A DNA stretch of 63,301 bases, filler included, from Intoshia linei (GCA_001642005.1; 3 parts of 3 records of this genome joined end to end with filler, not necessarily neighbours in it), one strand, 5' to 3'. Positions 26,940-39,352 are shown, counted from the first letter of the whole stretch. A program made the numbers and translations. Notes: a model not told the origin generated them from the sequence alone.

Positions 26940-27947
26940 ATGGAAGAAAATAAATCTGAAGGTGTAAAGAAAATGATTACAAAATGTAACCAAGTTATAA
27001 ATACACATGAAATTTTAAAAAATGATACTAATTATTTTCTAGTTACAAAGGTAAACACGCATTTTTCTTGATTTTCTTTATTTAAAATTCAGTATACTAA
27101 TGCAATAATGGGAGAAATTAACGAAATGGATGCGGATTTTGTGTAAGGGTTATTTCAATGCTTAGTGTACACTTTGATTTAACACATTTTTTCAATTTAA
27201 TGGAAATTCTTTAAATACTGGAATCTTTAAATTTGTTGATGCACTATTAAATGCAATGTATTTTCAGAAAATATCGTAAAGTAGGTGCCTTTCTTCAAAT
27301 ACATGTATTTGTATGAAATGTGCAATGCACATTGTGCATGTATTATTTTGTTATACAAGTGGTGATCATATCTGCAAACCCTTGGAATGAAAAACAGTTT
27401 TATTAATTAGCATAATCTTTTTTTAACTTAAATTAATTTTTGAACTGCCCGACAGGTTTAGATTATTTTGATTTTTGAGAATGTTAGATTTATCGGTTTA
27501 ATTGTATTATAATTATAATTTTCTTAAAATCGTTCCATCACAACCTAAGAGCGGTTTATTGTGTATAACTAAACTACTAACAAATAATATTACTTATTGT
27601 GTCAATTAATGCTTTTGTGCATTTGAAATTAGCTATAAAAAATATTTCTTGATTTTTTAATTTTCTGGGTTATTTTTCTCCCAGTATAATTATAAACGGC
27701 GAGATGCGTCGATTGTGATTAAAAAAACATGTGTTTAAATTTTATGATGAAAATATTGTTGTTTTTATCACTCAGTTGTGTCAACAAAGTTGTACAGCTG
27801 TATTTTAGGCATCTTATGAAGTTACGTCTTTTATTGTACTATTAAACTTTAAAGAGATTGTATTAAAATTACCATTTAAATTGTTAATAATGATTCATAA
27901 TTATAGATGATGATGACGAGATATTTTACACTTCAACTGCAGGTTGA
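26940..27947 (+). CDS. Small unrecognised multi-exon gene
   Basis: ATG 26940 MEENKSEGVKKMITKC...VTK, canonical 42-nt intron 27051-27092, in-frame YTNAIMGEINEMDADF; possible last exon 27907-27947 (DDDEIFYTSTAG*); middle exons unresolved. Confidence 0.4.
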
Positions 27948-28430
27948 ACTGTGAGCTGAAAAAATTAAGATTGAATCGATAACGTAAAAAAATAATGTAG
28001 TCACTACATTGATATTAATAATGTTTCTTAGAAGATAGAGTTTAAGTCAGGGTAAGCAACCTTTTGTATTTCGTGGGCCAATTTTTTGTATCAAAAAATT
28101 ATACTGCCCAGTTTTTGAAAATTTATACATGATAGATTGCAATTTTAACTGAAGAGAAACTGTCTATTAGGTGATTCACAAAGTTATGTGGTTTTTATTG
28201 ATACAATTAATTAGAAACGCTTTATCACCGATAAGATTTCACATATTTCGAAATATAAAATATTTTTTAACAATCATGTGTACGACCACATCAGATGAAA
28301 ACGTTATTTATTTAAATCTACATTTATTCAATGGGTATTAAGACGAAATATTTTAATGATTTTGATGGACATTTAAGTCATATTTTACTGTATGAGTACT
28401 TTAAGGACCTTAGTGCAGTGGTAGCTACCA

Positions 28431-28530
28431 NNNNNNNNNNNNNNNNNNNNNNNNNNNNNNNNNNNNNNNNNNNNTTAATTAATTAANNNNNNNNNNNNNN
28501 NNNNNNNNNNNNNNNNNNNNNNNNNNNNNN
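28431..28530. other. Artificial assembly linker (N-run with TTAATTAATTAA)
   Basis: 100-nt gap with a six-frame stop spacer at 28475-28486; same design at 60528-60627. Confidence 0.9.
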
Positions 28531-29219
28531 TAGTGTTATTGGACAAGGATATTGTATTCAGTTTTTTGACATGTTTAGCTCCAACCATAACTCGAACAAT
28601 GTCTTTGGTTGCTGGCAGCAGCAACTCCTCGACAATGGTGTGAGGTTTCTTGGCTTTGGCAATTCTGAGAGCCACCAAATATGAAGCTTCAATGGCTGCC
28701 ATATTTTGCTGTTGATAATGACCGCCAAAATCAAGCCTGCTTTTTTTAACACAATCAGCTTTATTTATAAAATATTGGACATCCTTGCCCGCTAAATTAT
28801 GATGTTTAGTGTTAAAATGACGTTTCATTTTGTTGGGCTTCATGGATTCAGCTGACATAATTTCGCAGCAAATTGGCTTTTCAATTCCTGCCTCAACTAT
28901 AAAAGTAAACCCATATTTTAAAAATTCTTCAATGTACTTTCTTTTCTTAATATTTTTCTCTCGATTCATTATGGGCAATTTAAAATTGTACAAAATAAAT
29001 TTTATGTTGCTGCTATCAGTTTAAGCTGACGTTTTGATTATTATGTATTACAAAAATTTCGTTTCCATATCAACCAAACCATGTCAAAAATCATTTTGTA
29101 AATATAAAGTTGTTGCTGAGTTTTTAAAAAAACGTCAAAAATTCGGTGTCATAAAACAACTTTGTAAAAGGCCTTGGCGACCCCACTTGGGGTCGCGACC
29201 CACAGGTTGGGAACCGCTG
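28531..29219 (-). mobile_element. Buster-type hAT transposon 5' end with transposase N-terminus (ZBED5/ZBED8/SCAND3-like), cut by gap
   Basis: ORF 28993-28531: RKYIEEFLKYGF, ESMKPNKMKRH, IAKAKKPHTIVEELLLP, KLNTISLSNNT; TIR CAGCGGTTCCCAACC begins at 29219 on minus; flank CCTTAGAC fits NNNTANNN. Confidence 0.9.
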
Positions 29220-29409
29220 GTCTAAGGGTTAAAAGGACTACAAAACTTTTAGTGATTTGTTTGTTTTAAACATAAATAAGTTGAAAATTATAAATTAAGG
29301 AATATAACATCAAACACAATATAAATTCAGGTACAAATAAATACATATAACTTTAATATGAAATATTATACTATAAGTCCTTTTAGGTTATTATAATAAA
29401 TATTGTAAG

Positions 29410-31743
29410 ATGGAAATGGAAGATATGAAAAAAACTAAAAGAATTGATATTGATAATGATAAGGAACCACATTCTGAAAAAAAGAATGTATTTTATCAAC
29501 TTTTCTGGAACTTTATAATTCTTATAACAAGTATGTATTTTTACTTGTATTATTAAAAAATATTTTTAAATTATTTTTTAGTCGCGACTTTTTCTTTAAT
29601 ATTCCGATTTTACCCAGCATTTAACAGTATCATTGAATGCTCAGGAGATTATTATAGGTTAATTTATCTTTTAATTCAAATTCGTATCAGATATATACAT
29701 TTTATTTCTGATAATACTACATTTCACCCAAAATATTATTAGGATCAGTAGTAGATAATTTTAATTTTAGATTACAAAAAGAATCTACTATACACATTGG
29801 AATATGCATAGGCACATATTGTGCCATTATTTTAATATCTGTAATGATATTAGTGAATTTAATTTATTTACATAAATGTAGGTTCTTGTCATAGAATTAA
29901 CGAATATTGCATCATTCTACGATAATAACAGTTATACAATTTTCAAGAAACGTATACCAACTCGTTTAAACACAATATGCAACGTTTTCATTGGATATGG
30001 ATATTCTACATTAGTCACCTACCTTGCTACCAATATCATCAAAGTGTAGGTCATAATATGCTTACAAATTTAGAGTATAATACCTCGATTTGAATGATTT
30101 TTGGTTAAAAATTAAATCAGAGTAGAATATGGACTATTCTTAAAATAGTTGGTACCACTAAGACATGACTTCTTAACATGGGTTTCATGTGTCCCTGTGT
30201 GAACTATACAGTGCAAATACTTACATTTACAAGTTTATAATTTAGATATAGTGGCCGTCCAAGGCCATTTTTTCTAACAAAATGTAAAATCGGATTTAAC
30301 ATGTGCAAAGAAATGTAAAATTATTTAATTATTAAATTTCTTAGTTCATCAAATCAATGCTCATATGAGGGATATTGAATGACAAATTTTTAAAAATCAC
30401 ACATTTTCAATTGAAAAATGGGAATAAGTATTTGGAAACGTTGTTATCAATACCCTGACTAAAGTTTTATAATGGCTAATAAATAACATTAATTTAGGAA
30501 TTTTCATGGTGTTCTAAATACAACTGTTTGTAATGTTATAAATGAGTTTAGGTAATATATATAATTATAATGCATTGATTAATAATCAGATTATCGAGAA
30601 TATCCGGACATGCTTCTTTTGTGTTTTCAGCAGCAATTTATATAATTGTAATTGATACTATATTATTTTGGTGTTATTCTTATCATACAACTGGCTTGGC
30701 TGATTGTCTGATACAAATTTTATACGGTGTAGTTTAGTGGTGAAACCCCATTTACACGTAGTTAAATGTTTTTCAGTAAATTTAGTTTTTTGTCGATAGA
30801 ATTAATCAAAAAAGGCATCCACATGTAAAATGGGTTTTTCTAATAAAAAAAAGTGGACACCCTAATGCAGGGATGGGCATCTGCGGCCTCTCAGAAAAAT
30901 TTTGCAAAAAAGTGAAAATTTTAATTGACAGTTCAAAAAACGATATATTGCCTTGAGAAGTAGTTTATCTTATAATAAATACATCTTGATTTGAAATCTG
31001 ACTTGTTTTCTCAATATTCTTGTCATATATTAGATTCATTAATTTTTTCACTTTTAAAGAAATAAAAATTATCAGATAAAATATGAAAGAAAAAGAATTT
31101 ATGCAAATACATACAAAAATTATTTTTATTTTTTGTTGTGGCCTCTAGGAATTTTCGCTAGACAAATTTGGCCACCGATTGTTCAATCGTCGCCTACCCC
31201 TGCCCTAATGTATAGTCTTTAGAAATGAAAATATGAAATATAATCATAACAAATTTAATTTCAATTTTCAAAATATTTTCATTCTTTGGGGACATTTACA
31301 GTAAAAGTGGGTGGTCTTTCTTGATTTTCAAAAGCATATTAGTAACATACACATAATTACTCATCTTCCCCAGTAGGCTACTTTCTGTATACTCTTAAAA
31401 AGCTGTTTTTGGACACAGGTTAAAGTCATATTATACATATTTTTATAATTATAAATTATAATATTAAAATTAGATTTATTATCAGAAAAGATTCACAAAT
31501 GTGCGGAAATCTTCCTACATTTTTATAAAATTTATTCAAATTCTATTATTTATTTTTGCGATTGTTGTAACTCAAAGTAGAATAAATGACAATAAACACC
31601 ATTTTGACGATGTTATATTGGGAGTAATTTTTGGTGTTTTGGGAGCAATTTTAACGGTACGCTGTCATAATTGTTACAATTACAATTGTAATTTGTTTTA
31701 ATTTAAATTTTAGTGCAAATTCATTGTTAAAACTATGTTATGA
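29410..31743 (+). CDS. PAP2-family lipid phosphate phosphatase (wunen/PLPP-like)
   Basis: Spliced motifs C1 KVYSGRPRP, C2 SRISGH, C3 SRINDNKHHFDD with flanking hydrophobic helices; stop at 31741-31743. Confidence 0.88.
30868..31202. mobile_element. Buster-type hAT MITE in PAP2 intron
   Basis: TIRs CAGGGATGGGCA / CGCCTACCCCTG; perfect TSD CCCTAATG. Confidence 0.85.
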
Positions 31744-32227
31744 AAATTGTACAATCTATTAACGTATAGTACCTAAATAACATTAGTATTACAATAATAA
31801 TAAATTTTATTAATGACATTTTGTAATTGTATTCACTTGCATTAGAATAGTTTCTAAAATATGACTATTTATAATATTAATTCATACAATTTAAAATAAA
31901 TAGTTGAGTATAATAAACTACCCAAAAAGATCCACTCGCTATTCCCAAAACAATTCCGTTCTAAATATGACAGAGTTTACGTAAATTTTATTTTAACATT
32001 TTATATTGTTAAAACTAAATTAAAATTACAGTAACATCTTGAATGTTATGTTTGTGGTCGTTTATTCGAGACTGAGCAACTATTGAAGCAAATGCTAATA
32101 ATATTGTTTGTGCACCTCGAACAAATCCTTGATATTTTACGTTTCTTTTGTAAATACTCTCCAAATAAATCTGTTAATAAATTAAAAGTGAATTTAAATG
32201 TTATACATTACTGATGTAGCATTAGTG

Positions 32228-32282
32228 CAGTGTTTTCCGATAAATTTCAAAAAAAAATCGCAACACCTATCGGAAAGCACTG
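32228..32282. mobile_element. 55-bp miniature hAT-like MITE
   Basis: TIRs CAGTGTTTTCCGATA / TATCGGAAAGCACTG; flanks CATTAGTG / CATTAGCA. Confidence 0.65.
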
Positions 32283-32441
32283 CATTAGCATTATGGTGCT
32301 TCAAACTACTGGAAACCGACTTTGTGCAGTGAACCGCATAAAAAAATTAAAACTGTTTTAAAAATTATTTTTATCACAAATTTGATAATCTCAATCGCTA
32401 TTACTATAGTAGATGGTCCATTTCGTCAGGAATGTTGCATA

Positions 32442-33201
32442 TCCTTACTTATATAATATGCTAAGCAATATTGGTTTGTGTGTGTGTTACCATTTATTGA
32501 AATAACTACCAGTCTTAGAATTTTATAAAGTCCATATATCAATTACAGTTTTTTCCGGGTGATAATAAGATACATTTCAACCTCCCAAACTCACATCTTA
32601 CGGGTCAAAAACTCCAATTTTCATTTTTTTCAAAATCACACGAGTTGAATAATTTAAAAAAATATATACGCTGCTACGGATTTTAGAATCATAAACATTA
32701 TCATAAATTTTAAAAAATATCTTCAGGGCCAAAACCGCAAATTACCCTTTTTTTATGAAAACAGCCCTAGAATTTCAAAAAATTACCGATGGTACAGTTG
32801 TATCCTGTTAACACACAAAAAATTTCAATCTGAATAAGTGACGCCTCCACGGTCAAAAAAGCATTTTAGTATTCATATATTTTTTGTCCGAAATATTTTA
32901 TTAAAATAAAAAAATGTGAAATAATCAATGGTCCGAAATTTAAAAAAAAGAGATTATTCTGATAGAGCTTATTCCTGTCAATATAAAAGCAAAATTTCTA
33001 CCGAGAAATCAACGCATTCCCGGTGAAAAATAATTTTTAATATATTTGGATTTTGGATTGGAGTGTTTTTACATTATTTTTAATATTATACACACATTAT
33101 GTCTAATAAATTAAAAAAAATAGGATAACAATTATTTTTAAAATTTTTGCCCTCGGCAGAGCTAGGTGCTGTTTGTACGTAGTACATAACAGTCAACCTA
33201 G
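32442..33201 (+). mobile_element. Complete non-autonomous Helitron (760 bp)
   Basis: Inserted between A and T; 5' TCCTTACTTATATAATATGC followed by (TG)n; 3' stem-loop TGTAC-GTA-GTACA ~12 nt before terminal CTAG; no TIR or TSD; multicopy in window. Confidence 0.85.
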
Positions 33202-34619
33202 TTGTTAATATATTAAGGCAACACAAACTGCGCAATGGGCACAAAGATTATTAATATTTTATCAAATGTAAAAGCTGAATACACAGATATTTCAATTTGT
33301 TATTTATACTAGGATTTTATTACTGCAATAAATGCTCTGATGTTTTTGGTTCAATTAATATTTTTTTTATTAATAAAAATTTAATGAAACATGCTCAAAA
33401 AATTGAAATTTACCCTGATTCTGCATAAGTAGAAAAAATTAAACTTTTTTATGGATGATTTCACTTTTATATCACTACATCGTGTTTGAACCACCCTATT
33501 ATACACAGTTTTTACTATTAAATAAGTGGAACTGGAAAATGATAATGAGGTGTGTTCTGATATTCTCGATTTTCTATTTATAAACTAAATGTATCCGTTT
33601 ATATACAAATTGTATTACAAATCAGAACTGGAAGCAGATTCACAATCACCTGTTTGTACAGTATCATGCATGTTACTAAAAATGGTAATATTTATTATGG
33701 CTTACTGTTTTCCAAAATAATAAATGTGGTGACCACAAAATTTAAAAATAATTTATCATGACCCCTTAAAATATTTATATACAGTCAAAATCTCATTTAA
33801 CGAAAATATTAGAAATGTAACTGTATTAGAAATGTGCTGCTGCATACATGTCTTGAATTTATCAAAATTATATTTAATATGAACAAATAATTAAACTTTT
33901 TATTATAATAATATCTTACATTGATAATTTATTATAATTTTATTTATATAAAAAGATTCCATGACTTAGTAAAAGAGACGATATAATATTTAAAAAAATA
34001 AAATAATATTGAATTTACGCGTTCGTTAATTAAAAATTTGTTAAATACCAGATATTTAGGCATTTATATAGAAAATAAAATTTCGACGTTCGTTAAATAC
34101 TCATAATACGTAATACTCGTAATACACATGTACATTAAATGTGTCACACATTGTGTATTGTACATCTTTATAATCTCAAAAATTATTTTAATCTTGGACT
34201 TATTCCTATATATGAAGGTTGTGATGATACAAAATGTTAAATAAATCGTATTTTTCTCCTACTTTGGGTGTATTATATAAGATTTTAAAAAAATTTTAAC
34301 AACCAATTAATATCAGATTGTAATCCGTCCTTATTTCAAAAATATTAACAATTTTGGAACTGTTAGTACTTTTAGTTTTTCCATAATGAAAATTTTTTAT
34401 TGTATTACTAATAATACTAGTTAATTTTTTTCTCGATAAATTGCAAGCTCTAATTGTACCACTTTGGATAGCAGTTATTAGTATAATAAAATTATAAAAA
34501 TTACGCTTTGCAATATTCTCGCATGTTGTTACATATTGTAAAGAAATAAAGCCTAGGGCGACCATTCTATCTAAAATATAAATATAATATAATATTTTTT
34601 TCATCAAACATCTTTATAA

Positions 34620-35690
34620 TGTGAGTGATTAAATTAGCGACCAATATTGAATATATAAATTCTTGAACCGGCGTGTATATGTGATAAAGAAATGATGATA
34701 AATTCTTTCCATGATGATAAATCGTTCTATGACTAGTTCTGCAATATCCTGCAATTTACAAAGCGAATCAATTTATTTATCAAGAAAAACGATAAACAAC
34801 AGATTGCTAGAGGTCGGTTTAAGATCATATGCAAGACGAAAAAACCCTTATTAACAAAAAAGATGCAATTGACAAGGTTAAATTGGGCCAATTAGCATAA
34901 AAATTGGAATACAGACAGCTGGAGTAAAGTAAATGATAAAAATAATGTATATATTTATTATTAGTATATATAATAATTTTTTTATTGTATTAGATATATG
35001 TACTAATTTTGTAATTTTTCAGGTAATTTTCTCTGACGAATCAATGCTTACTACAATGGATAATCGATACAGAAAAGTTCGTCGAAGATCAACAGAGGCA
35101 TTCCGAGCAGATTGTATGGCACGAATGGTAAAATTTCCTACCAAAATAATGGTTTGGGAGCAATTTCTGTATTCGGGCCCAGTCCTATTTTTGTTATTGA
35201 GGGTATAATGAATCAATAAAAATATATTGACACTCTCAAAAGTTTTTTAAACGATCGTCCAGGTTGGTTCAATAAAAATAGTCACATTTTCCGACAAGAT
35301 TTGCTCCCTGTAACACTGCACGGTCGGTTAAATTTTTTTTTGATTCCAACCAATGGAAAGTATTACCCTGGCCCAGTAATTCTTCAGATATGAATCCCAT
35401 TGAAAACGTTTGGAAGGTATTAAAGGATCAAGTACATCAAGTTTATATTTCGTCAAAACAAGAATTAATTGACCGGACAATATGGGTTTGGAATAATTCG
35501 GACAAAATTTAATTATTATACAAAAACTTAATTGAAATGCCCAGTCGAATTCTTGATTCTTGAAAGGTGGAATTACAAAATACTAATGTTATTTTTGTTA
35601 TTATATTTGAATTTATTTGTGATTTTTATTATTTTAAATACTAATAATTAATATTTTATGAGAATTTACAATAATTTTTCCAATACTGTA
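34620..35690 (+). mobile_element. Degenerate Tc1/mariner transposon with intron-split transposase
   Basis: RLKWAN*HKNW, WSK|VIFSDES, WPSNSSDMNPIENVWK (DDE motifs), with stops and frameshifts; right end CAATACTG+TA. Confidence 0.85.
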
Positions 35691-36145
35691 CATATAGATT
35701 TACATATAAATAAAATAGAGTTAGTTTTGATATTGATTGTTATTAAAATAAACGAGAATATAAAATTACAATCATAATATCAATATTATGCTTATTAATA
35801 ATAATTAATTTAATTTTATAAATGCTATAAAGTTAATTTTTTATAAAAGTCTATTGTAACGTTAATTGTAATGAGCCAATTGTAGTAGAAAATGTTTAAA
35901 ACGCTGTTTAAAAGTTGAAAAATAAATAATTTACATATTTACTCAAATGATTATGTGGGCCACTGGTTGCCGACCCCTGGTTTAGTGACTAAACTTTAGT
36001 CACATGACTCAAAAATAAACGAAATAACAAATAACTGAGTGAAAATATAACGAAAATGCCAAACAACAGTAACCATTGTTGCTGTATCTAAAAAAATTGA
36101 ATGATTGAATTTAAAAAATATTTATAAAACTATCGTTCTCAATAA

Positions 36146-38209
36146 ATGACAAGATCAATATACGAGAAAACAATGATTGGATCTGCAATGGCCGAATCTG
36201 TCCGCGAAATGCTAACAGTATTTATAAAACGTATAAAATGTCGGCATTTGCTAAAACAAAAACACAAAACTAATACAGTAAATTCTCCCAAGAAATTTTT
36301 TGACTTACATAGCATCAAAGGTGTAAGTTGTTTTCCTAAGTATGAGCAAAAAAATAATATTGTTACAGTCGACCTCGGATTGGGGCACCATTTTTTGAAA
36401 AGTGCCCCAAAATCAGGGGTTTTAGTAAGTTATCTAATTTTTCATTGAATATTTAAACTATTGCAATACATTATGATATTATATTTGTTTCTATTACAGT
36501 CCAACACGGTTTAGGGTGATATTTTCAGCTAAATACCCTATAAATCAAAATTTAATAAAAATCTGAAATCAAAGTTATGAATATTTTGTAATCATATATT
36601 CAATTTTTAGAATTATAGCTACTTTCTAATCTAGAATAGTAATTACTAAGTTATCAGATATTAAAATATAGGCATGAATTAAATACATATGAAAATGTGT
36701 GTAAAATATCTAAATTAATGTCATCACTAGGAATTATACTTATATATTTTATATTTCCAACATTTTTGATCCAAAAGCGGGGTTAATTTCACATATATTG
36801 CTATGCCATCGATATAAATACTATAAAATCGAGAATGCCTAAAATTGGGGTTGTACTGTAGTATTTCTTTAAATTTTTTAGATGATTTATTCATTCTATG
36901 TCCGTTAAATTAACAGTTATGTTAATGGTTTGTTTAAAATTGATACCTGCCTTATCTTAACTAGAATATTTTTCTTGTTATAATTTTTTCATATTGTTGC
37001 AAAATGTTTAAACTTGTTAATTATATTATTATCAACAAAATTTGGATCACCTATAAATCAATATAATGTTCATTTCTGGAGAGTTCACTGTATATAATTT
37101 ATTTTAACATGTTTCAGCGAGTCTAACGGTCTAAAAAAATGTATGCCGTGGCTGCACTAGGGTATATTTATTTGAATCAATGATTAATGTAGGATGGACT
37201 TATATCTGAAAAGGCTGCGAGAGCAATACTGTTAGAGTTCCAAAAAGTTTTAGTAGAAACTTTAAAAAGTCGAATCAGCACAGTTTATGAAATTAGGGTA
37301 AATTTTCAGTTTATCATTAATCTTGAAATTTATAGGGAAATTTGAATTCTTACAGATATTGTGATCAGGTTTGGACAATGCTGTTGGACAATTCTTGTGT
37401 AATTGACTTGGAACAAATGAAAAGTAAATACCTTGGAACAATTAAGCTTATATCAGTTAAAGACACAACCTGTGGCGATGAAAGTGTTTTTTTTAAATTT
37501 TATTTAATATCATTTAGTGTTTATTTATCCTCGATTGAATTTGTAACGGTTACGTTTTTTATTTTAATAAATTTTATTTACCTCTATTTTGTATAAAACC
37601 TCGTCTCTATAAAACTTGTAGTTAACCAACAAATAGTAAGTTTTATGAATTATCAAGTGGAATACTTTGAGTCGAAAAGTTAGATGTGTGACAGTTATCC
37701 AATGTTTTGAAAATTATCATCTTTTATTATAATGAAAGATTACCAAAGGGGTTAAGTTAAGGTAAAATCTCTTCTCACATTTTTTTTAAAAATTTTACTT
37801 AGCCAATTAATAATAATAATATTATAATAACTGTAATTATATGTTGTTTAACGTCAAAATTAGCATTTATAGCATTTTACTTGTCATACTAATTACCAAT
37901 GTATAATAATTATCATTGAAATTCCAAAAAAAAATACTTTTTATTGTTTCTTTTGTTTTAACTTTTATTAATTTAATTTTGTATGACCCTGGTCAACAAA
38001 ATAAAAAATTTTTTCTAAGATTTGTTTCTGAAATTTTTGTGGTCAATATGAATATTTTAAATTTCTAGCCCTAGTTAGGAAACCATTATTTAATATGTAA
38101 TTCCATTGAATATATAGAAAACGACTTTAATTTAATGTCAATTGTTTAGCAGAATCGTAGAGAACCAGCAGCAGCACGATCAGTCAAAAATTATAGGTCC
38201 GTTGTATGA
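36146..38209 (+). CDS. GTF2A2: Transcription initiation factor IIA gamma subunit
   Basis: MTRSIYEKTMIGSAMAESVREMLT|DGLISEKAARAILLEFQK...IR|GNLNSYRYCDQVWTMLL, matching TFIIA-gamma GSLNTYRFCDNVWTFVL; last exon (38150-38209) tentative. Confidence 0.85.
36366..36858. mobile_element. pogo/Tc1-type MITE in TFIIA-gamma intron 1
   Basis: TA-CAGTCGACCTCGGATTGGGGCA ... TGCCTAAAATTGGGGTTGTACTG-TA imperfect TIRs with TA TSD. Confidence 0.6.
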
Positions 38210-38587
38210 ATATTATAATGATGAAAAAATTACTAAAATTTAATCGAATTTTAAGTCTTAAACATGTACAACAGAAGCGATGAACAAGTACATTATAATT
38301 GAGAGATTAGTACATTAAACAAAATGCAATCAATTAAAACATTATCTAAATTAAATTGTAAATAATAATGTATAAGTAACAATGACATTTATAATAGCTA
38401 ATACATTATAATCTAAGTAAAACTACTATCCTGTTAATTAATTGTATAATTACACAATATGTTACAAATCATCTAATTAAACTACACAATAAAATATGCA
38501 TTATATAAGAGATTTTTTTAGTTTATAGATTCATTCTCTACAATTTTGCAAATAAGTAACATTATATTTTGCACAAAATTTATAAAA

Positions 38588-39352
38588 ATGGACATTAGTT
38601 TAAATACATACACAAAAAATAACAAATTAATCAAATAAGGTAAACGTCAGCATAGCAGAAATTCAAACAAGCCATTGACTAAAAAATCATCAAATACTTT
38701 CAATGTAAGTCAGTTTGTTGAAGATTATCAATTAGTTATTTAGAAAAAAGCGAATGGAAATATCAATCGTAAAAGTGGAAGAATAATCATTAAAAATTTG
38801 CATCACAAAATTACGAAGAAAAATATTAAGGTATGTATAAAACATTAGAAATATAACTTATGTAAACCATTCGGAACCAGATTAATGAATCAACTACAAT
38901 TGTATTTGACTTTTGACACGATTTAACTATCAAATGCGATACAATAAATTTACATTTAATGTGTTTGTTGGATTTGGGAAAATGCAAAGCTATGGTGTTA
39001 ATTATGACAGTATCAAACGGTCCTTGTGCACTGGATGGGTACATTATATCAAAATGACCGATGCAATGAATGCCAAAAAGAAATACAACAATATCGCATT
39101 AGATGGTAATTAATATTTTTAAATAATTTTACATTTTCTTTAAGAAACGAAAGATGAACATAACAGTTATGGATGTCACTGTTCTAACAACGTAAATTTT
39201 CATTTAATACAATATAGTATTTTTGCAGGAAAAACAATAATGGCGTTAAGAAACAAAAAAGTTCAAAAGGTTCCATGAGAAAGTCCTACAAGAAAACCCC
39301 TACTCTTGAACAATTGGATAAGGACATGGACGATTACAATGCACAATATTGA
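38588..39352 (+). pseudogene. ALYREF: ALYREF/THOC4-like mRNA export adaptor carrying lesions
   Basis: N-terminal MDISL, RRM (IIIKNL...YDSIKRSLCTGWVHY...YNNIALDG), C-terminal PTLEQLDKDMDDYNAQ; in-frame TAA 38636-38638, no AG acceptor before 38958, phase conflict at 39145. Confidence 0.75.

Larger units (their letters stand above)
31842..34565 (-). pseudogene. Inverted paralog of the neighbouring PAP2 phosphatase, probably decayed
   Basis: Exons NFYNFIILIT (~34480), NMHDTVQTGDC (33675-33619), KSRISEHTSLSFSSSTYLI (33572-33516), IYLESI...QSRINDHKHNIQDVT (32170-32030), NGIVLGIASGSFW; several intron positions shared with the paralog; 1-nt phase conflict at 33572; C1 exon not recognisable. Confidence 0.7.

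Noticed and set aside
28475-28486. Palindromic TTAATTAATTAA inside N-runs (also 60572-60583)
   Set aside because: Identical six-frame-stop spacer centred in 100-nt gaps: an assembly artefact
30345-30430. Apparent stop-containing exon in the PAP2 gene
   Set aside because: Splicing 30314 directly to 30498 gives an uninterrupted homologous frame, so this segment is intronic
38636-38638. Stop-codon reassignment suggested by in-frame stops
   Set aside because: Intact genes end normally at TAA/TGA and have long stop-free exons; in-frame stops co-occur with frameshifts in decayed loci
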